Shown piece after piece: positions 58,721 through 64,000 of a stretch of DNA of 64,000 nucleotides. The notes under the pieces were generated by a model. That model was not told the origin of the DNA and searched no databases. It worked only from the letters and a program-made list of their open reading frames with translations. Location of the stretch: positions 129,328 to 193,327 of the forward strand of contig JADJEK010000007.1 of the NCBI GenBank assembly GCA_016709145.1, in the 5' to 3' direction. Every line of letters begins with the position of its first letter. Position 1 is the first letter of the stretch. Made by a program: the position numbers and the translations under genes. The stretch comes from Planctomycetota bacterium. Its GTDB lineage: Bacteria > Planctomycetota > B15-G4 > JADJEK01.

Positions 58721-59724
58721 CGACCACCGTCCTTCTTTTCGGGCGAAGGAGCCGGGGCGCCCGACTCGGCCACTGTGCGCATGCCGGGCACCAGCGTCGC
58801 CTTGTCGATTTTGATCGGGTCGACGGGCATCGACGGTTCGCCGCTCATCGGGTTCGGACCGACCGGAGCCGTCGCGATCTTGTCGACGACGTCCATGCCG
58901 TTCACGACCTTGCCGTACGCCGTGTACTTCTCGTCGAGGAACGACGCGTCGCCATGACACAGGAAGAACTGCGAGCCACCGGAGTTCGCGAACTTCGCTT
59001 CGGGTCGCGCGCCGAGGCGCTCGCGCGGATCGCCGATGCGCGCCATCGACAGCACGCCGGGCTCGTGCTTGCGCGAGTTGAACTCGGCTTCGATCGAGTA
59101 CCCGGGACCACCCGAGCCGTCGCCCTTCGGATCGCCGCCCTGGATCATGAAGCCCTTCATCACGCGATGGAACTTCAGTCCGTCGTAGTAGCCACGTGCC
59201 ACGAGATTGGCGATGTGCAGACCGGTCGCCGGAGCGACGTCGGTCCAGAACTCGACGTCCATGGCGCCGCTCTTCGTCTCCATGTGCCACAGCAGCGAGT
59301 CCATGCCGTCCTTGCCTTCGACGGCGATCGACTTCGCTTCACCGCGCACCGGCGCGTCGCCACCGTTCCAGATCGGCGTGAACGTCCACGTCCCGGCGGT
59401 CGGGATCACGAGCGCGTGTTCGAACGTCAGCGTCGCCCCTTGCGCGAGGTCCTGGCCCTTCAGCGTCGAAGGCTGGTACGAAGCCGGGTGATAGGCCGTG
59501 TACTTCGAGGCCTTGCCGTCGCCGAACGTCAGTTCGAACTCGAACGAGCGCGCGTCGAGCATCGGTTCACGCACGGTCGCCGCCTTGCCGGAGTTCTTCA
59601 CGGCCACGACCAGCTTCGCGCTCTCCCCGAGAGCAACGCGGTCGGGCGCGGTGAAGCTCACGGCGAAATCGCCCGCGATCGGCGCGGCGGCGAACAGGAC
59701 GGTCGTCAGAGTCAGAGCGATCAT
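58717..59724 (-). CDS. Secreted cyclophilin-type peptidyl-prolyl isomerase with ~130-aa N-terminal extra domain
   Basis: MIALTLTTVLFAAAPIAG signal. C-terminal cyclophilin core (HRVMKGFMIQGGDP...GGSQFFLCHGDASFLDEKYTAYGKV). Start/stop overlaps with both neighbours (4-nt). Confidence 0.8.
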   Translation of the reverse strand: MIALTLTTVLFAAAPIAGDFAVSFTAPDRVALGESAKLVVAVKNSGKAATVREPMLDARSFEFELTFGDGKASKYTAYHPASYQPSTLKGQDLAQGATLTFEHALVIPTAGTWTFTPIWNGGDAPVRGEAKSIAVEGKDGMDSLLWHMETKSGAMDVEFWTDVAPATGLHIANLVARGYYDGLKFHRVMKGFMIQGGDPKGDGSGGPGYSIEAEFNSRKHEPGVLSMARIGDPRERLGARPEAKFANSGGSQFFLCHGDASFLDEKYTAYGKVVNGMDVVDKIATAPVGPNPMSGEPSMPVDPIKIDKATLVPGMRTVAESGAPAPSPEKKDGGR

Positions 59725-60596
59725 TTCTTCTTGTCTCCTTCCCACTCGTAGAAGCCGCGGCCGGACTTCCGGCCCAGATGTCCCTTCGCGACCATGTCGC
59801 GCAGGAGTTGCGGCACCTTGAACGTGGGATCGTTGGGGAAGCGGTCGGCCCAGCCCTGCAGGATCGACAACGTCGTGTCGAGCTCGACGTAATCGAGCAA
59901 CGTGATCGGTCCCATCGGATGGCCGCAGCCGAGCTGCATGCCGGCGTCGATGTCTTCCTTGGAGGCGTCGCCGCGTTCGAGCATGCGGATCGCTTCGCCG
60001 AGGTAAGGCACGAGCAGGCGGTTCACGACGAAGCCCGGCGTGTCCTTCGCCATCACGGGCTGCTTGCCGACGGCCTTCGCGAATCCCTTCACGGCCTCGA
60101 ACACGTCGGCCGCGGTCTGTTCGGTGCGCACGACTTCGACCAGCGCCATCAACTGGACCGGATTGAAGAAGTGCAACCCCACCATGCGCGCCGGCCGGCC
60201 CGAGGCCTCACCCATCGCGGCGATCGGGAACGACGACGTGTTCGACCCGAAGATCGTCGCGGGCTTGCAGAGGCCGCCGAGTTCCTTCAGCAGTGCGCTC
60301 TTCGCACCGAGGTCCTCGACGATCGCTTCGATCACGAGGTCGCAATCGGCGAGGTCCGCGACCTTCGTCGACGACGTCAGCTTCGCCAGCGCCAACTCCT
60401 GCGTGGCCTGGCTCAACTTCCCCTTCTCGACCAGCTTCGCCAGCGAACCCTTGATGCGGCCGAGCCCCTTGTCGAGGAACGCTTGCTCCTTCTCGACGGC
60501 GATCACATCGAGGCCCGCCATCGCACAGATCTGCGCGATCCCGGACCCCATCAAGCCGAGTCCCACGACGCCCACTTTGCGAATCTCGGTGCCCAA
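59721..60596 (-). CDS. hbd: 3-hydroxybutyryl-CoA dehydrogenase
   Basis: Rossmann VGVVGLGLMGSGIA, 3HCDH signature region, C-terminal dimerisation domain. 291 aa. Confidence 0.9.
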   Translation of the reverse strand: MGTEIRKVGVVGLGLMGSGIAQICAMAGLDVIAVEKEQAFLDKGLGRIKGSLAKLVEKGKLSQATQELALAKLTSSTKVADLADCDLVIEAIVEDLGAKSALLKELGGLCKPATIFGSNTSSFPIAAMGEASGRPARMVGLHFFNPVQLMALVEVVRTEQTAADVFEAVKGFAKAVGKQPVMAKDTPGFVVNRLLVPYLGEAIRMLERGDASKEDIDAGMQLGCGHPMGPITLLDYVELDTTLSILQGWADRFPNDPTFKVPQLLRDMVAKGHLGRKSGRGFYEWEGDKKK

Positions 60597-60599
60597 GGG

Positions 60600-61475
60600 G
60601 ATGCAACCTCCGATCGAAGAGTGAAGCGCGGGATTTCAGCGGGAGCCGGGCTGGCGCGCAACTGCGGGAACGGGGGAATGGAGGTCGGGGGATTGGCGCG
60701 ACGTACTTTCACCCGCGCGAGCGGAGCGCGGACCGGGTCAGAAGACGTGAACGTGAACGGAACTCTGGAAAACGGTGACGGCGGCGCGGTACCCGGCGGC
60801 ACGAGCGAAGCGGTGGAACGACCTGAACAAGAATGCCGCCGGCAATCCTGTTCGGCCAGCCGGACAAGAACGCCGCCGGGGGACACATCGGGGACAGACC
60901 CGCCTCCGTCCCCGTCATGGCCGTCGAGCTCGGGTGGGGACAGTCCCCTCATCTGCTCTGTCCCCACTCCTTCAATCGCCACCGCGGAGCGCGAAGCGCG
61001 ACCCGGAGTTCTCCCTCGGGTCCAAGCTCGCGCGTGCCCGAGTAACCACTCCGTCGCCAAGGGACGTCGAGACCTGCTCTCGCTGCGGCCGTTCACTCGC
61101 CCGCCGCAGCTGTGGCGATCCGCTGTACGAGTCCCGTCAGTACGTCACCCGGGGCGAAATGGACAGGGGTCGTAAGTCGCAAGCTCAGCAAGCCACCCCT
61201 GCGCCCCTGTGAGAAGGCGAACGGCCGCCGCGAGAGCCCGTTCTCGACGTCCCTTCGCGTGAAGTCTCACGCGCGACTCAAGGGCGCGGGGGTTCCCAAA
61301 GGGGGGCTTCGCTCGTTTGTGAAGCCCCCCTTTGGTCGTTCGACCGCGAGCGGTCGAACGAGGGTGTGGGGGCCTTCGGCCCCCACCTCGCCTTCGGCGT
61401 CTGTGTGACGGGGCCCGGGGGCCGCTGGCCCCCAGCTGCGTGGATGGTCAGCACCATCCGGCCCCGCGGCCCGAG
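60600..61475. repeat. Composite structured intergenic repeat, copy C (inverted orientation relative to copy A)
   Basis: Reverse complement of 60880-61060 is >98 % identical to 23640-23830. 61060-61270 is the 35-bp-TIR element (right TIR degenerate). 61270-61400 matches the G/C hairpin block of copy A. 60740-60880 carries the tail and a degenerate half-palindrome (tgccgccggcaat). Fills essentially the whole 880-bp gap between hbd and the second thiolase. Confidence 0.65.
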
Positions 61476-61477
61476 CG

Positions 61478-62656
61478 TCAGCTTCTTTCGAACGCCACGC
61501 TCATCCCCATGCCGCCGCTGATGCACAGCGACGCTAGGCCGCGCGGCGATTCCAGGCGCTCCATCTCGTGGAGCATCGTCACGACGATGCGGGCGCCGGT
61601 CGCGCCGATCGGATGACCCAGCGCGATCGAGCCGCCGTTCGGGTTCACGCGGTCCATCGGCAAGTTCATCTCGCGGTTGCACGCGATCACTTGCGCGGCG
61701 AACGCTTCGTTGAGTTCGATCACGTCGAAGTCGTAGAGCTCGACGCGGCCGCCCATCTTCTTGAACAGGTTCTTCGTCGCGGGCACCGGGCCCAAGCCCA
61801 TGACCTTCGGATCGACTCCGCCCGAGGCCCACGCCTGCACGCGCGCGAGCGGCTTCAGCTTCAGCTCGGCGAGCCTCTTCTCGCTGACGAGCACGAGCGC
61901 GGCCGCGCCGTCCGTCACTCCCGACGAGTTGCCGGCGTGGACGCTGCCGTCCTTCTTGAACACCGCGGGCAGCTTCGCCATCTGCTCCGCGGTCACCCCA
62001 TCGCGCGGGTGCTCGTCGGTGTCGAACACCTTCGCGACCCCCTTCTTGTCGACGATCGTGACCGGCGCGATCTCGCGCTTGAAGCGCCCCGCCTTGCGCG
62101 CCAGTTCGCATTTGCGCTGCGACGCCGCGGCGAACTCGTCCTGCTCTTCGCGCGTGATCTTGTACTGCTCGGCCAACGTCTCCGCGGTGCGACCCATCAA
62201 CTGGTCCGCGATCGGACAGAAGAAGCCGTCGCGGAAGTTGCCGTCGTGCACCGTCGCGTGCCCGAGCCGGAAGCCCTGGCGCAGATCGAGTTCGAACGGC
62301 ACGCGCGTCATCGATTCCGTACCGCCGGCAACGACGACGTCGGCTTCGCCGCAGTCGATCACGCGCGCCGCCTGGACGATCGCTTCGAGTCCCGAGCCGC
62401 ACGCCTTGTTCAGCGTCACACCGATCGCGGTCTGCGGCAGGCCGGCCTTGATCAGGATCTGGCGCGCCGGGTTCGGCCCGCCGCCGGCTTGACGCGCGTT
62501 GCCGAAGAACACGTCTTCGACGAGCGCGGCGTCGACCCGCGCGCGTTCGAGCGCGGCCTTGACCGCGTGGACGCCGAGATCGACGGCCGAGAGTTCGGAG
62601 AACTGGCCGAAGAACGCGCCGATCGGAGTGCGGCACGCGGAGACGATGAATGCCAT
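61478..62656 (-). CDS. Acetyl-CoA C-acetyltransferase (thiolase II), second copy
   Basis: [10 protein letters not shown] (Cys), [17 protein letters not shown] (His), ISGGMGMS (Cys). 392 aa. Confidence 0.9.
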   Translation of the reverse strand: MAFIVSACRTPIGAFFGQFSELSAVDLGVHAVKAALERARVDAALVEDVFFGNARQAGGGPNPARQILIKAGLPQTAIGVTLNKACGSGLEAIVQAARVIDCGEADVVVAGGTESMTRVPFELDLRQGFRLGHATVHDGNFRDGFFCPIADQLMGRTAETLAEQYKITREEQDEFAAASQRKCELARKAGRFKREIAPVTIVDKKGVAKVFDTDEHPRDGVTAEQMAKLPAVFKKDGSVHAGNSSGVTDGAAALVLVSEKRLAELKLKPLARVQAWASGGVDPKVMGLGPVPATKNLFKKMGGRVELYDFDVIELNEAFAAQVIACNREMNLPMDRVNPNGGSIALGHPIGATGARIVVTMLHEMERLESPRGLASLCISGGMGMSVAFERS

Positions 62657-62699
62657 GGCTGCTGTCCTTCGAAGGCGCGCGATTCCGCGCGCGACGCGC

Positions 62700-63872
62700 T
62701 CACTTCAGGATCTGACGCGAGATCACGAGACGCTGCACTTCGCTCGTGCCTTCGCCGATCGTGCACAGCTTGGCGTCGCGCCAGAAGCGCTCGACCTCGT
62801 ACTCGGTCGAATAGCCGTAACCGCCGAGCACCTGGATCGCGTCGTAGGTGACCTTCATCGCGACTTCGGACGCGTGCAACTTCGCCATCGCCGACTCGAA
62901 GCCGAACGGGCGGCCCGCGTCCTTCAATCGCGCCGAGTGGTAGACGAGGTGGCGCGCGCACTGGATGCCGACCGCCATGTCCGCGAGCTTGAACGCGATC
63001 GCTTGGTGATCCGCGATGCGCTTGCCGAACGTGACGCGTTCCTTCGCGTACTTCTTCGCGCGCTCGTACGCGCCTTGCGCCAGACCGAGAGCCATCGCTC
63101 CGATCGAGATGCGGCCGCCGTCGAGCGTCTTCATGAAGGTCTTGAAGCCTTCGCCCTCGGCGCCGACGCGGTTCTCGACCGGGACTTCGCAGTCCTCGAA
63201 GATCAATTCGGCCCAATCGGAGCCGCGCGTGCCGAGCTTCTCGAGCTTCTGCCCGAGGCGGAAACCCTTGTACGCCTTCTCGACGATGAACGCCGAGATA
63301 CCGCGGCCGCCGGGCTCGTCGCTGGTCTTCGCCGTGGCGATGAACGTCTCGCCGATGTTGGCGTTCGTGATGAAGATCTTGGTGCCGTTCAGCACGTAGC
63401 GATCGCCCTTGCGGACCGCCGTCGTCTGCGTGCCGCCGGAGTCCGAACCCGCGTTCGGCTCGGTCAGGCCGAACGAGCCGAGTTTCTTGCCCGACGCGAG
63501 ATCGGGCACGTACTTGCGGCGCTGCTCGTCGCTGCCGAACGCGAAGATCGGATACGTGCACAACGACACATGCGCCGCGAGCGTCAACGCGGTCGAGCCG
63601 CACACACGCGCGAGTTCCTCGATCGTGAGGATGTAGGACATCGTGTCCATGCCCGCGCCGCCGAGCTCGGCCGGGATCGGAACGCCGGTCAGGCCGAGCT
63701 CACGCATCTGCGCCCACAGGCTCATGTCGAACGTGGACGTCTTGTCCATCGTCATGGCGCGTGGCGCGACTTCCTCCTCCGCGAAGCGACGAACGGTGTC
63801 GCGCAGGAGCGTCTGCTCCTCGCTGAGGTCGAGATTGAACGCGGTGGAGTCGGTCGTGGTGTCGGTCATCAA
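62700..63872 (-). CDS. Acyl-CoA dehydrogenase (short/butyryl-chain type)
   Basis: ACAD N-, middle beta- and C-terminal domains. [10 protein letters not shown], catalytic Glu context ([27 protein letters not shown]). Confidence 0.9.
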   Translation of the reverse strand: MMTDTTTDSTAFNLDLSEEQTLLRDTVRRFAEEEVAPRAMTMDKTSTFDMSLWAQMRELGLTGVPIPAELGGAGMDTMSYILTIEELARVCGSTALTLAAHVSLCTYPIFAFGSDEQRRKYVPDLASGKKLGSFGLTEPNAGSDSGGTQTTAVRKGDRYVLNGTKIFITNANIGETFIATAKTSDEPGGRGISAFIVEKAYKGFRLGQKLEKLGTRGSDWAELIFEDCEVPVENRVGAEGEGFKTFMKTLDGGRISIGAMALGLAQGAYERAKKYAKERVTFGKRIADHQAIAFKLADMAVGIQCARHLVYHSARLKDAGRPFGFESAMAKLHASEVAMKVTYDAIQVLGGYGYSTEYEVERFWRDAKLCTIGEGTSEVQRLVISRQILK

Positions 63873-64000
63873 TCTTCCTCGAACGCCATTTCGTGGTCGG
63901 CCCGCTTCCTGGTCGGAGGCTGCGTCGGTGCGGGCGGTGTGGAATGCAGGTGTGGCTGCGCAGGGGCTCGCCGTGGAGTCGCGTCGCGCAGGGAGCGCGT

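Overview
This is a high-GC (about 70 %) bacterial chromosomal segment, and coding runs on both strands with many long antisense shadow ORFs. The gene content suggests a Planctomycetota-like or similar Gram-negative genome. The cues are ECF-sigma/Ser-Thr-kinase pairing, a DUF1800/DUF1501 pair, many FG-GAP/ASPIC proteins and QW-repeat proteins, but phylum assignment is uncertain.

Housekeeping genes recognised from sequence:
- AlaX-like editing protein (partial, at the window start)
- standalone fusA (EF-G)
- rho
- dGTPase, rnc, mfd and a SurA-like chaperone in a row
- rpsT, def, ribF, tRNA-Phe(GAA)
- ctaB-DUF420
- a beta-oxidation/butanoate cluster: two thiolases, crotonase, 3-hydroxybutyryl-CoA dehydrogenase and an acyl-CoA dehydrogenase

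Accessory or unusual content:
1. A family of three or four FG-GAP beta-propeller proteins sharing a distinctive ~70-aa C-terminal domain, including one frameshifted pseudogene and one orphan C-domain ORF.
2. An ECF sigma factor directly upstream of a TM Ser/Thr kinase carrying a 42-aa-TPR array with near-identical nucleotide repeats.
3. A Rho whose N-terminal helix bundle is replaced by an RGG/Gly-rich disordered region.
4. A secreted hypothetical-DUF1800-DUF1501 operon.
5. An Mla-like operon (MlaE, MlaD/MCE, TPR lipoprotein) whose ABC ATPase subunit has lost Walker A, Walker B and the signature motif.
6. Tandem paralogous TM-anchored QW-repeat (prenyltransferase/squalene-cyclase-like) proteins followed by a large secreted protein.
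7. A LeuC-like aconitase-family protein that has lost all Fe-S cysteine ligands and the GxDSHT motif, sitting next to an intact LeuB/tartrate-DH-like dehydrogenase.
8. An NtrC-type regulator with a degenerate GAFTGA loop.
9. A secreted protein with a caspase-like His/Cys spacing.
10. A composite, highly structured intergenic repeat of about 0.9-1 kb present at three loci. It contains a perfect 76-bp palindrome centred on GGGTACCC and a nested element with 35-bp inverted terminal repeats.

Coordinates of non-coding features are approximate (within a few nt). CDS boundaries were derived from the ORF track plus motif-based start selection.
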